Below, one piece after another: positions 48,212 to 58,164 of a stretch of 64,000 nt of DNA. The translations under genes were made by a program, and so were the position numbers. Position 1 is the first letter of the stretch, and every line of letters begins with the position of its first letter. The notes below the pieces were generated by a model. That model saw only the letters and a list, made by a program, of their open reading frames with translations, made no database searches and had not been told where the DNA came from. Source of the DNA: an uncultured Chloroflexia bacterium (lineage in GTDB: Bacteria; Chloroflexota; Limnocylindria; Limnocylindrales; CSP1-4); NCBI GenBank assembly GCA_963749705.1, contig CAVVNQ010000002.1, positions 64,001 through 128,000 on the forward strand. The letters run 5' to 3'.

Positions 48212-48638
48212 CGGCGCGCTAAGCCATCAAAGCAAACAGCTGATCGCGTAGCGGGCCCCGCCTTGCGTCGTGCGTTGCGCACCTGGGCGTCGCGGGGTAG
48301 TCACCCTGCGTTCGAATACCCACATCCCGACACTACCGGTAGTGGCCTGTTGTGACAAGCGGACAAGCAAGATCCCCTTGTCGGTGGCGTGAGGTGACGA
48401 ACGCGTCGGCTGTTGACATTGCGCCGAACCCCGGGCGCCGCCGCAGCCCGGACGCTCCCGTGCCGGCCACGGAGCTCCCATCGCTGCCGGCCGCAGTCAG
48501 GAGGCGACATGCCATCGATCGACCCGTGCTCAAGTCCGTAACGATCTCCGGACGGCCGCCGATGACGGTTCGTGCGGCGCACGGCGCCAGGCCGCGCCCG
48601 TTAGTGTGTGCCGGATCGAGCCACGAGGCGTCCCAACG

Positions 48639-49877
48639 ATGACCAGCAGCTCCAGCGCCAGGATCGACGGCGCGCACCCGCGACCGGTGGATCCGGCGAT
48701 GGTCCCGCCCCGCGGGCTCGCGCCGGCCGGCCGCCTGCTGGTGATCGTCGCCCTTGCCGCAGGGATCGCTCTGACCCTGCCCGATCCGTTCGCCGTGCTG
48801 TTCTTCGGGTCGAACGCCGCGATCGGTGCGCTGCTCGCCATCCGGCGGCCCCGCAACCCGATCGGGTGGCTGCTGCTGGCGATCGCCTTCGGCTTCGTCG
48901 GCACCACGAAGGAGCTCCGCTATCCGGTCGGGCCGTTGCTGGACGGGTCGGCGCCGCTGGTCGAGTTCCTGTGGGTGTGGACCAGCGCCTGGAGCGGCTA
49001 CGCGACGTTCACGCTCCTGCTCGTCCTCACATTCCTGTTCCCCTCGGGACACCTCCCGTCCGGCCGATGGCGGCGCCCGGCCATCGCGGCGGTGGCGCTC
49101 GGGCTTGCCTGTACCGCCCTCGCCGCCGCGGGGCCGCAGCTGGGCTACAACCCGAACAGCAGCGCCGTCATGGTCCTCGTCCCGAACCGGCTCGCCGTCC
49201 TGCCCGATCTCGCCCTGTGGGCCGCCGTCCCCTTCGACGCCCTGATCTTCCCGATCGCCGGCCTGCTGGTCGCCGCCGCCATCGGGATGATCGTGCGCTA
49301 CCGGCGCTCGGCCGGGATCCTCAGGCTGCAGCTCCGCTGGCTGGTCGCGTCGATCGCGCTCGTCGTCGTCGGCCTCGTCGCCGGTCTGGCGTCGTCCGCG
49401 GTATTCGGGGACATCGGCGGGCTCGCCTGGCTGGGCACGATCGTCGCGATCCCGGCGGTCCCGGTCTCGATCTACGTCGCTGTCACCCGCCACCGGCTGT
49501 ACGACATCGACCGCATCATCAGCCGCACGATCGGCTGGCTCGTCGTCACGGTCGTCCTCAGCGCGGTGTTCGCCGCGGCGGTCGTCGGCCTCCAGGGCCT
49601 GCTCGTGCCCGTGATCGGCGGTGACAGCCTCGCCGTCGCGGGGTCGACCCTGGTGGTCGCGAGCCTGTTCCAGCCGGTCCGGCGGCGGATCCAGGACGGC
49701 GTCGATCGGCGGTTCGATCGGGCGCGGGTTGATGCCTCGCGCGTGGCCAGCCGGTTCGCCGTGCAGCTCCGGGCCGACTCCGATCTCGATGACGTCGGCG
49801 TCAGGCTGAGCGCGGCCGTTCGCGAGACGCTCGGTCCGGCGCAGTACGCGATGTGGGTCCGGAGGCGACCGGCATGA
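48639..49877 (+). CDS. Multi-TM protein resembling the membrane input module of sensor kinases, without output domain
   Basis: RNPIGWLL, LFPSGHLPS.RWR, RLQLRWL, RHRLYDID and LFQPVRRRIQ..VDRRF; ends shortly afterwards. Confidence 0.75.
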   Translation: MTSSSSARIDGAHPRPVDPAMVPPRGLAPAGRLLVIVALAAGIALTLPDPFAVLFFGSNAAIGALLAIRRPRNPIGWLLLAIAFGFVGTTKELRYPVGPLLDGSAPLVEFLWVWTSAWSGYATFTLLLVLTFLFPSGHLPSGRWRRPAIAAVALGLACTALAAAGPQLGYNPNSSAVMVLVPNRLAVLPDLALWAAVPFDALIFPIAGLLVAAAIGMIVRYRRSAGILRLQLRWLVASIALVVVGLVAGLASSAVFGDIGGLAWLGTIVAIPAVPVSIYVAVTRHRLYDIDRIISRTIGWLVVTVVLSAVFAAAVVGLQGLLVPVIGGDSLAVAGSTLVVASLFQPVRRRIQDGVDRRFDRARVDASRVASRFAVQLRADSDLDDVGVRLSAAVRETLGPAQYAMWVRRRPA

Positions 49878-50009
49878 GCCGGCGGGTCCTCCCGGGCAGC
49901 CTCGCCGCGTCGTGCCGCCACTCGCCGCGGCGCTGATCCCCGCGGGCCATCGGTGCGGTTCGACGATGGCCAAGGTCCGCGGCTAAACTGCCACCGAGCG
50001 TGAACCCTC

Positions 50010-50084
50010 GGCGGAGTAGCTCAGTGGTAGAGCAGGGGACTCATAAGCCCTTGGTCGGTGGTTCGAATCCGCCCTCCGCTACCA
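50010..50084 (+). tRNA. tRNA-Met(CAT), probably elongator
   Basis: Acceptor GGCGGAG/CTCCGCT, D arm TAGCTCAGTGGTAGAGC, anticodon loop CTCATAA, T loop GGTTCGAATCC, encoded ACCA; no C1:A72 mismatch; G2/C3 favour Met over Ile2. Confidence 0.93.
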
Positions 50085-50326
50085 AACGATCGAGACGCCC
50101 GGGCCACTGCGCCTGGGCGTTCCCGCGGGTGACGGCCCTGGTGCCGGCGGCGGGTTCGGATTCCTGAACCTCGTTTCAACCTCCCCCTAGTCATCCGCAC
50201 ACGTCCTGCGCACGTACACCTGATAGGTTCGATCGCGGGACCGCACATGCGGTCGCCACGAACCCCGGCGGTATACTCGCCGGAATGCCGGCCAACGCCG
50301 GCTTGTCGGACTCGGAGGCTCCCCGT

Positions 50327-52270
50327 TTGAACGCCAAATTCATGCGCAACGGGATCGTCATGCTCGTCCTCGTGGCGGGCACCGTCGCGCTGCTCTACAC
50401 CTGGGTGAGCTCGTCCACGCCTCAGAACACGACGGGCTACTCCGCGTTCTACTCGGACGTGAAGGCGGGCAGCGTCACCAAGGTCGTCCAGGATGGCGAG
50501 ACGCTGACCGTGACCAAGAAGGACGGCTCCACCTACAACGTCGTCGTGCCGAACTCGATCACGGGCGACGTCTACGCCGACATGCAGAAGGCGGCGGCCG
50601 AGGGTGGCACGACCGCCCAGCTGACGAAGGACATCTACACCAAGGACAAGACGGCCGATACGTCGTGGATCGGGCTGCTGCTCACCGGGCTGTTGCCGCT
50701 GATCGTCATCGGCGGGTTCATCTTCTTCATGATGCGCCAGGCCCAGGGCACCAACAACCAGGCGATGTCCTTCGGCAAGAGCCGGGCGCGCATGTTCCTG
50801 GGCAACAAGACCGTGGTCACGTTCGCGGACGTCGCCGGGGTCGACGAGGCGAAGACCGAGCTCCAGGAGGTCGTCGAGTTCCTCAAATACCCGGAGAAGT
50901 TCAACTCGCTCGGCGCGCGGATCCCGCGTGGCGTGCTCCTGGTGGGACCTCCGGGCACCGGCAAGACGCTGATGGCGCGAGCCGTGGCAGGTGAGGCCGG
51001 GGTGCCGTTCTTCAGCATCTCCGGGTCCGAGTTCGTCGAGATGTTCGTGGGCGTCGGCGCGAGCCGCGTGCGCGACCTGTTCGACCAGGCCAAGCGCAAC
51101 AGCCCGTGCATCGTGTTCGTGGACGAGATCGACGCGGTCGGCCGCCAGCGCGGCGCGGGCCTCGGCGGCAGCCACGACGAGCGCGAGCAGACCCTCAACC
51201 AGATCCTGGTCGAGATGGACGGCTTCGACACCAACACCAACGTGATCGTCGTCGCCGCGACCAACCGGCCGGACGTCCTCGACCCGGCGCTGCTCCGGCC
51301 CGGCCGGTTCGACCGCCAGGTCATCCTCGACCGGCCCGACATGCGCGGCCGGCTCGCGATCCTGAAGGTCCACACCAAGGGCAAGCCCCTCGACAAGACG
51401 ATCTCGGTCGAGGAGGTCGCCCGCCAGTCGCCCGGCTTCTCGGGCGCGGACCTCGCGAACCTCGTCAACGAGGCCGCGATCCTGGCCGCGCGTCGCAACA
51501 AGAAGGTCGTCGGGCAGAACGAGTTCGCCGAGGCGCTCGAGCGAATCGTCGCGGGCCCGGAACGCAAGAGCCGGGTCATCTCCGATGAGGAGAAGAAGAT
51601 CATCGCCTACCACGAGGGCGGTCACGCCGTCGTGCAGCGGATCCTGCCCAAGTGCGATCCGGTCGCGAAGGTGACCATCATCAGCCGCGGCATGGCCCTG
51701 GGCTACACGATGGCCCTGCCGACCGAGGACCGCTACCTGCAGAGCAAGACCGAGTTCGAGGACAAGATCGCGGGCCTGCTCGGCGGCAACGTGTCGGAGC
51801 GGTTGGTGTTCGGTGACACGACCACGGGCGCCAGCAACGACATCGAGAAGGCGACCGACCTCGCCCGGCGCATGGTCACGGAGTTCGGGATGAGCGACCG
51901 GCTCGGGCCGCTGGCCTTCGGCAAGCGGGACGAGATGGTGTTCCTCGGTCGCGAGATCGGCGAGCAGCGCAACTACTCGGACAACGTGGCGATGATGATC
52001 GACGAGGAAGTGCGCGCGATCATCGACCGCGCCTACGACCGGGCCACCGAGGTCCTCACCACCCACCGCGACCGTCTCGACCGGCTGGCCGAGAAGCTGA
52101 TCGCGGAGGAGACGGTGGACTCCGACGACTTCGAGCAGCTGTTCACCGACCTGCCGCCGAAGGAAGGTCGCCATGCCGGCATCCCGCGCGTGATCGCCCC
52201 CGGCACCGATGGCGGCACCTCGCCCGGCCCGGCCGCGCCGGCGCCCAAGCCGTCGCCCCAGCCCGCCTAG
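50327..52270 (+). CDS. ftsH: ATP-dependent zinc metalloprotease
   Basis: Two TMs, [30 protein letters not shown] and GASND; TTG 50327 after GGAGG (alternative ATG 50285). Confidence 0.98.
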   Translation: MNAKFMRNGIVMLVLVAGTVALLYTWVSSSTPQNTTGYSAFYSDVKAGSVTKVVQDGETLTVTKKDGSTYNVVVPNSITGDVYADMQKAAAEGGTTAQLTKDIYTKDKTADTSWIGLLLTGLLPLIVIGGFIFFMMRQAQGTNNQAMSFGKSRARMFLGNKTVVTFADVAGVDEAKTELQEVVEFLKYPEKFNSLGARIPRGVLLVGPPGTGKTLMARAVAGEAGVPFFSISGSEFVEMFVGVGASRVRDLFDQAKRNSPCIVFVDEIDAVGRQRGAGLGGSHDEREQTLNQILVEMDGFDTNTNVIVVAATNRPDVLDPALLRPGRFDRQVILDRPDMRGRLAILKVHTKGKPLDKTISVEEVARQSPGFSGADLANLVNEAAILAARRNKKVVGQNEFAEALERIVAGPERKSRVISDEEKKIIAYHEGGHAVVQRILPKCDPVAKVTIISRGMALGYTMALPTEDRYLQSKTEFEDKIAGLLGGNVSERLVFGDTTTGASNDIEKATDLARRMVTEFGMSDRLGPLAFGKRDEMVFLGREIGEQRNYSDNVAMMIDEEVRAIIDRAYDRATEVLTTHRDRLDRLAEKLIAEETVDSDDFEQLFTDLPPKEGRHAGIPRVIAPGTDGGTSPGPAAPAPKPSPQPA

Positions 52271-52334
52271 ACCCGGAGGGCCCACCCCGAGGGCCCACCC
52301 GCGGCCCCGGCCCGGTCCGGGAACATGTCACCGC

Positions 52335-52359
52335 AAGGGCGGACCGCCGGTCCGCCCTT
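52335..52359 (+). terminator. Hairpin downstream of ftsH
   Basis: Perfect inverted repeat AAGGGCGGACC-gcc-GGTCCGCCCTT. Confidence 0.6.
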
Positions 52360-52427
52360 CGTGATTCCCGGTGCCGCTACCCGCGCATGGTGACGGCGCT
52401 ACGATCCATGGCATCGACGCCGCATCC

Positions 52428-53852
52428 ATGGAGAACCGAGTGACCGACCTCAGCGACGTGCCCGAGACCCCGCCGATCGATGCCGCGGTGGAGGCTGCTC
52501 TCCAGGCGTCCACAGACGCGCGCCGCGAGTCGCTGCTCGAGCTTGCCCGCATTCCCAGCATCTCCGCGCTGCCCGCCCATCGCGACGACATGGTCGCGGC
52601 GGCCGAGTGGGTCGCGGACCGGCTGCGGCGGGTGCGAGCGACCGATGTCTCGGTCGAGGTGACCGCAGGCCACCCGATCGTCTACGGACGCATCCACGAG
52701 GCCGTGGGGGCACCGACCGTCCTGGTCTACTGCCACTACGATGTCCAGCCCGTCGACCCCATCGACCTGTGGGAGACGGCGCCGTTCGAACCCTTCGTCC
52801 GCGACGGCAGGTTCGTGGGCCGCGGTGTGGCCGACGACAAGGGTCAGCTGGTCATGCACCTGAGCGCGATCGAGGCCCTGCGCGCGGCGCACCACCAGAT
52901 CCCGGTCAACCTGACGTTCGTGTTCGAGGGCGAGGAGGAGTTCGGCTCCGACAACCTGCATGCATGGATCGAGGCCAACCGCGACCGCCTGGCCGCGGAC
53001 GCTGCGATCATCAGCGATACGGGCTACTTCGAGGGCAACACCCCGGCGATCACGGTGGGCCTGCGCGGGATCATGTACGCGCAGATCGATGTCGAGCTGT
53101 CGCCCGTCGATCTCCATTCGGGGAGCTACGGGGGCGTGGTCGCGAATCCGGCGAACGCCCTGGCCTCGATCATCACCGCCCTCAAGGGCCCCGACGGGCG
53201 CGTCCGGATCCCAGGCTTCTACGACGACGTCGTGCCGCTCAGCGACGAGGAACGTGCGGCGATGGCCGAGCTCCCGTTTGACGAGGAGGCGTACCGCGCC
53301 TCGATCGAGGTGCCGGCCCTGGTTGGCGAGACGGGCTGGACGGTCCTCGAGCGCAAGGGTGCCCGGCCGACGTTCGATGTCAACGGGATATGGGGCGGCT
53401 TTCAGGGCGACGGCGTCAAGACGATCATCCCCGCCCATGCCCATGCGAAGGTGTCCGCCCGTCTGGTCGCGGACCAGGACCCGCAGCGGGTGTTCGATGC
53501 GCTCCGCGATCACGTGGCGCAGATCGCCCCGCCCGGCGTCACCGTCACGACCACGTACCTCCACGGCGGCAATCCCAGCCTGACACCGACGGACCATCCC
53601 GCCACCCAGGCGGCCGCCCGGGCAATCGAGGCGATCTACGGCAGGCCGCCGGTCTACGTCCGCGAGGGCGGCTCGGTCCCGGTCACCTCGGCGTTCGATC
53701 ACACGCTCGGGCTGCCGGTCGTCCTGCTCGGCTTCACGCAGCCGAACGACAACGCCCACGCACCCAACGAGTGGCTCCTGGTCGACAACTTCGAGCAGGG
53801 CACCCGCGTCATCGTCCGCCTGTGGGACGAGCTGGCGGATCTGCCGCGCTGA
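52428..53852 (+). CDS. M20 dipeptidase (ArgE/DapE/CNDP-like)
   Basis: HYDVQP, GRG.ADDKG, EGEEE, DLHSG and HAPNE; start ATG 52428 or GTG 52440. Confidence 0.93.
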   Translation: MENRVTDLSDVPETPPIDAAVEAALQASTDARRESLLELARIPSISALPAHRDDMVAAAEWVADRLRRVRATDVSVEVTAGHPIVYGRIHEAVGAPTVLVYCHYDVQPVDPIDLWETAPFEPFVRDGRFVGRGVADDKGQLVMHLSAIEALRAAHHQIPVNLTFVFEGEEEFGSDNLHAWIEANRDRLAADAAIISDTGYFEGNTPAITVGLRGIMYAQIDVELSPVDLHSGSYGGVVANPANALASIITALKGPDGRVRIPGFYDDVVPLSDEERAAMAELPFDEEAYRASIEVPALVGETGWTVLERKGARPTFDVNGIWGGFQGDGVKTIIPAHAHAKVSARLVADQDPQRVFDALRDHVAQIAPPGVTVTTTYLHGGNPSLTPTDHPATQAAARAIEAIYGRPPVYVREGGSVPVTSAFDHTLGLPVVLLGFTQPNDNAHAPNEWLLVDNFEQGTRVIVRLWDELADLPR

Positions 53853-53878
53853 TCTGGCCGGCGCGCTGATCTGGCCGG
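53845..53878 (+). repeat. 17-bp tandem duplication spanning the dipeptidase stop codon
   Basis: CGCGCTGATCTGGCCGG twice (53845-53861 and 53862-53878). Confidence 0.8.
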
Positions 53879-54010
53879 TGCGCGCGCGCCACACCTGACG
53901 CTGGAGGCGGTACCTTCGGCCCATGCCCGCCATCGAGTCGGGTCGCAGACCATCGTGAACCCGGTGCTAGGATGCACCCAAGGGTATCGCTGGCGGGAGG
54001 ACGCACGTAC

Positions 54011-55081
54011 GTGACGACGGAGACGGGGGCAACGCCGAGGGCCACGTGGCGCCTCGAGGGTCCGAACGGGAGCATGCAGCCGCGATCGGCGATCGACGTG
54101 CTCGTTGACCTTAACGACAAGGTCACGACGGGAAAGGTCGGCGAGTACCAGCCCGTGCCCCTGGGCTTCACGCCGCTTGACAAGACGATCGGGACCGGCC
54201 TCCGGGCCGGGGAGCTCCTGCTCATCGGTGGCGCGCAGGGCACGGGCAAGACGACCATGGCGCTCCAGATGGCCAGGAACGTGGCCTCGGGCGGCCAGGC
54301 CAACGTCCTGTACGTGTGCTTCGAGCACGACGAGCTGTACCTGCTCAACCGGCTCATCGCGGCCGAGTCCGCGCTCGCGCACCTGCCCCACAAGACCGGC
54401 GCGATCAAGATCCAGGACGTCCGCAAGGAGATCCTGGGCACCTGGATGGCCGAAGGTGGGGGCGCGGCGCAGCTCGCGTCCAACCCCCGGCTGCGACCGT
54501 CGCTTGACCGGATCGCGCGCTATGGCCAGAACCTGTTCCTGCTCCGTGGCTCGCAGACCGCCAGCACGATCGACGGCCTGCGCGAGCTGATCCGCCAGCA
54601 TCGCGAGCTGTCGGGCGATCGCCGGCTGATGGTCGTCGTGGACTACCTCCAGAAGGTCCCGGTGATCCCCGAGCCGGAGAACGAGTCGGAGAAGGTGACG
54701 TACGTCATCAACGGGCTCAAGGACATCGCGCTGTCCGAGGACGTGCCGATGATCGCGATCGTCGCCGCCGACAAGGAGGGCCTCAAGGCGTCGCGCCTGC
54801 GGAACTACCACCTCCGCGGGTCATCGGCGATCAACTACGAGGCCGACATCATCCTGATCCTCAACGAGAAGTACCAGATCGTCGCCAAGGTCAACATCGA
54901 GTTCAACCCGTACCAGGCGCAGCGGTTCCGCGACTGGGTGATCGTGTCGGTCGAGAAGAACCGGGGCGGCCAGGACCAGGTCGACCTCGAGTTCGAGAAG
55001 CACTTCGAGTTCTCCTGCTTCGACCCCAGCGGTCGGACGGTGCAGGAGAAGCTGATCGAGGAGCGCCTCTACAACGATTGA
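54011..55081 (+). CDS. Stand-alone DnaB-like C-terminal (RecA-fold) ATPase
   Basis: GFTPLDKTIG.GL, GAQGTGKTT, VVVDYLQ, LRGSSAI..EAD and EKNRGG; no DnaB N-terminal domain; GTG after GGGAGG, TAGGAT -10 upstream. Confidence 0.85.
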   Translation: MTTETGATPRATWRLEGPNGSMQPRSAIDVLVDLNDKVTTGKVGEYQPVPLGFTPLDKTIGTGLRAGELLLIGGAQGTGKTTMALQMARNVASGGQANVLYVCFEHDELYLLNRLIAAESALAHLPHKTGAIKIQDVRKEILGTWMAEGGGAAQLASNPRLRPSLDRIARYGQNLFLLRGSQTASTIDGLRELIRQHRELSGDRRLMVVVDYLQKVPVIPEPENESEKVTYVINGLKDIALSEDVPMIAIVAADKEGLKASRLRNYHLRGSSAINYEADIILILNEKYQIVAKVNIEFNPYQAQRFRDWVIVSVEKNRGGQDQVDLEFEKHFEFSCFDPSGRTVQEKLIEERLYND

Positions 55082-55088
55082 GCGCGCC

Positions 55089-55265
55089 GCTGATCCGGCT
55101 CGCTGCGGCGTTGTCGCCTCCGGATCCTCGCTCGCGCACGTACAAGTGCGCTCGCTGCGGGCCTCGGCTCCGCCTTGCATCGCGCCCGGCTGAGCGGCGC
55201 GCTCGGTCCAGTCCGGGCTGATCCGGCGCCTCGGCGGCGTTGTCGCCTCCGGATCCTCGCTCGCG
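55089..55265. repeat. Intergenic REP-like duplicated element
   Basis: Identical 32-mer GCGGCGTTGTCGCCTCCGGATCCTCGCTCGCG at 55105-55136 and 55234-55265, each preceded by GCTGATCCGG. Confidence 0.8.
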
Positions 55266-55562
55266 ATCCGTCGCGGTTCACGCGCCGTGGCCTGCCACGC
55301 CACGAAATCGAGCCCGGGCACATCGCGGCGCTTCAGATGCTGGACTTCGTGGTCTCCGCGACCACGGTACGGGGCTGATCGAGCCCATCGGCGCCCGAAT
55401 CAAGGGATGTTGGGAGGTTTCGTGGCCTGACGCGCCACGGCGGACGCTGGGCCGTCAGGCGGAGTGCGGCCGACATGGCTGACGAACGGACGACCGCTCG
55501 CGCCGTGCCGACGAACGACGTGCGAGCTCCGCTCGGAAACCGGGCGGGGTATCGTTCAGCGC

Positions 55563-56081
55563 ATGACCAGCCGCCACATCGCCGACTTCCCCGATGTCGT
55601 CGAGATCGTCGTCGAGATCCCTCGCGGCAGCCGCAACAAGTACGAGTTCGACGAGGTCGCCGGCGTGTTCCGGCTGGATCGCGTGCTGTCCTCGGCCGTG
55701 TTCTACAACTTCGACTACGGGTTCATCGAGGGCACCCGCGCCGACGACGGCGACCACACCGACGCGCTGCTCGTGATCGACGAGCCCACGTTCACCGGCT
55801 GCCACGTCTGGGCACGCCCGATCGGCGGACTCGAGATGCGCGACGAGAAGGGCTTCGACTTCAAGACGCTGTGTGTCGCCCTCGCGGATCCTCACCAGCA
55901 GCACATCGAGCGGCTCGAGCAGATGCGCCCCCACCGCCTGGTCGAGATCGAGCACTTCTTCGAGACGTACAAGATGCTCGAGGACAAGGATGTCGACGTG
56001 CTCGGCTGGCGCGAGCGGGAGCGCGCGCTCGAGGTGCTGGCCATCGACCGCGGCCGGTTCAACCGCGAGCACGGTGCCTGA
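55563..56081 (+). CDS. ppa: Family I inorganic pyrophosphatase
   Basis: EIPRGSRNKYE, LDR, YGF, DGDHTD and FFETYK. Confidence 0.95.
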   Translation: MTSRHIADFPDVVEIVVEIPRGSRNKYEFDEVAGVFRLDRVLSSAVFYNFDYGFIEGTRADDGDHTDALLVIDEPTFTGCHVWARPIGGLEMRDEKGFDFKTLCVALADPHQQHIERLEQMRPHRLVEIEHFFETYKMLEDKDVDVLGWRERERALEVLAIDRGRFNREHGA

Positions 56082-56658
56082 CGGCGAGATCCGACTGTTC
56101 ATCGCGCTGCCGGTCCCGGCTGCGGCCGTGGACGCGTGCCGGACCCTCATCGACAGCGTTCGGACACACGAGGCGTCGGCCGCCGTCCGCTGGGTCCGGC
56201 TCGATGGCCTCCACCTGACGATCCGCTTCCTCGGTCCGACGGCGCCAGACCGGGTGGCGGCGGTCACGGAGGCGATCCGCGACGCCGTTGCGCGGCCGCC
56301 GTTCGCGGTCACCCTGGCGGGCGCCGGCGCGTTCCCCTCGGCGGCGCGACCCCGCGCCCTGTGGCTCGGGATCTCGGACGGTGCCGCTGAGCTGGCGGAG
56401 ATCGGCACGCGCCTCGATGCGCCGCTCGGCGGCCTCGGCTGGCAGCCGGAGGTGCGCCCGTTCCGGCCGCACCTCACCATCGCCCGGACCGACGCCGTGC
56501 CCATCGCGCTCGGTGCCTCGATCGCGGACGCGCTGATGCGCGCCGCCGCAGGCTGGCAGACCACATTCGAGGCGGACCGCGTCGTGCTGTACCGGAGCCA
56601 TCTCGGCCGCGGCGCACCACGCTACGAACCGGTGGCCGAGCTCGCACTTCACGGTTGA
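56074..56658 (+). CDS. thpR: RNA 2',3'-cyclic phosphodiesterase (2H family)
   Basis: RLFIAL, HLTIRFLG and FRPHLTIAR. Confidence 0.92.
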   Translation: MPDGEIRLFIALPVPAAAVDACRTLIDSVRTHEASAAVRWVRLDGLHLTIRFLGPTAPDRVAAVTEAIRDAVARPPFAVTLAGAGAFPSAARPRALWLGISDGAAELAEIGTRLDAPLGGLGWQPEVRPFRPHLTIARTDAVPIALGASIADALMRAAAGWQTTFEADRVVLYRSHLGRGAPRYEPVAELALHG

Positions 56659-56723
56659 TGCACCGCGGCGCAACGCGCTAGGCTCTGCGCACCCCCGTTG
56701 CCGTCACCCGAGGAGTCGCTTCG

Positions 56724-58097
56724 ATGACCCAGGTCGTTCCCCGCCGGACCAAGTTCGTGCTCGACGAGGATCGGATTCCGCGGGCCTGGTACAACGTCAT
56801 CGCGGACCTCAAGACGCCACCACCCCCGCCCCTCCACCCCGGCACGCACCAGCCGATCGGCCCCGCCGACCTTGCGCCGCTGTTCCCCATGGCGCTCATC
56901 CTCCAGGAGGTGAGCACCGATCGTGAGATCGAGATCCCGGATCCGGTTCGCGAGGCGTACGCGCTGTACCGCCCGTCGCCGGTGCACCGCGCGTACCGTC
57001 TCGAGCAGGCGCTCGATACCCCGGCGCACATCTACTACAAGTACGAGGGCGTGAGCCCGGCCGGCAGCCACAAGCCCAACACCGCGTTGGCGCAGGCGTT
57101 CTACAACAAGCAGGAGGGCGTCAAGCGGCTGGCGACCGAGACCGGCGCGGGGCAGTGGGGGAGCGCGCTCGCATTCGCAGGCGCCGTGTTCGGCCTCGAG
57201 GTCAAGGTCTACATGGTACGCGCCAGCTACGACCAGAAGCCGTACCGGCGGATCCTGATGGAGACCTACGGCGCCTCGGTCGTCGCGAGCCCCAGCCCGG
57301 ATACGAACTATGGGCGCGCGGTCCTCGCCGCGACGCCCGACTCGCCCGGCTCGCTGGGCATGGCGATCAGCGAGGCCGTCGAGGACGCCGCCACCCGCGA
57401 CGACACCAGGTACTCCCTCGGGTCCGTGCTCAACCACGTGCTCCTCCACCAGACGGTGGTCGGGCAGGAGGCGATGGAGCAGATGGCGATGGCGGGCGAG
57501 GAGCCCGACGTGCTGATCGGCTGCGCCGGGGGTGGCTCCAACTTCGGCGGCTTTGCGTTCCCGTTCATCGGTCGGATGCTCCGTGGCGAGGCGAGCTACC
57601 GGGTGATCGCCGCCGAGCCGGAGGCTGCGCCGTCACTCACGCGGGGCGTCTACGCGTACGACTTTGGCGATACCGGGCACATGGCACCGATCGTCAAGAT
57701 GCACACGCTGGGCAGCGACTTCATGCCCGAGCCGATCCACGCCGGCGGCCTTCGCTACCACGGCATGGCGCCGCTGGTGTCGCAGCTCAAGGACGAGGGG
57801 TACCTCGAGGCGCGCAGCGTCCACCAGCGCGCCGCGTTCGAGGTCGGGGTCCAGTTCGCACGTGCCGAGGGCATCCTGCCGGCGCCCGAGAGCACGCACG
57901 CGATCAAGGTCGCCGTGGACGAGGCGCTGGCGGCAAAGGAGGCCGGCGAGTCGCGGGTGATCCTGTTCAACCTGTCCGGCCACGGCCACTTCGACCTGTC
58001 GTCCTACGAGCGGTACCTCCAGGGCCGGCTCGAGGATTACGAGTACCCGGCCGAGCGCGTGGCAGCAGCGCTGGCGGCACTGCCCGTCGTGGGCTGA
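56724..58097 (+). CDS. trpB2: TrpB-like PLP enzyme (TrpB2)
   Basis: GSHKPNTA, TETGAGQWG, GSVLNHV, GGGSNF and NLSGHG; AGGAG SD. Confidence 0.95.
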   Translation: MTQVVPRRTKFVLDEDRIPRAWYNVIADLKTPPPPPLHPGTHQPIGPADLAPLFPMALILQEVSTDREIEIPDPVREAYALYRPSPVHRAYRLEQALDTPAHIYYKYEGVSPAGSHKPNTALAQAFYNKQEGVKRLATETGAGQWGSALAFAGAVFGLEVKVYMVRASYDQKPYRRILMETYGASVVASPSPDTNYGRAVLAATPDSPGSLGMAISEAVEDAATRDDTRYSLGSVLNHVLLHQTVVGQEAMEQMAMAGEEPDVLIGCAGGGSNFGGFAFPFIGRMLRGEASYRVIAAEPEAAPSLTRGVYAYDFGDTGHMAPIVKMHTLGSDFMPEPIHAGGLRYHGMAPLVSQLKDEGYLEARSVHQRAAFEVGVQFARAEGILPAPESTHAIKVAVDEALAAKEAGESRVILFNLSGHGHFDLSSYERYLQGRLEDYEYPAERVAAALAALPVVG

Positions 58098-58164
58098 GCT
58101 CGATCGGTCGGCCCGACCCATCGGGGGTCGGGTCGCCGGGCTCGCCGACCGCTACGATGCGCTG

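Noticed and set aside
48290-48330. CGCGGGGTAG...GTTCGAAT resembling tRNA fragments or an att site
   Set aside because: No cloverleaf, no extended identity to the tRNA-Met 3' end and no integrase
50010-50084. tRNA as an island integration site or as initiator tRNA
   Set aside because: ftsH follows directly with no integrase or duplicated 3' end; initiator hallmarks are absent
55105-55265. 32-bp direct repeats as a mini-CRISPR
   Set aside because: Only two copies, a 97-nt gap that is itself part of a hairpin, and no cas genes
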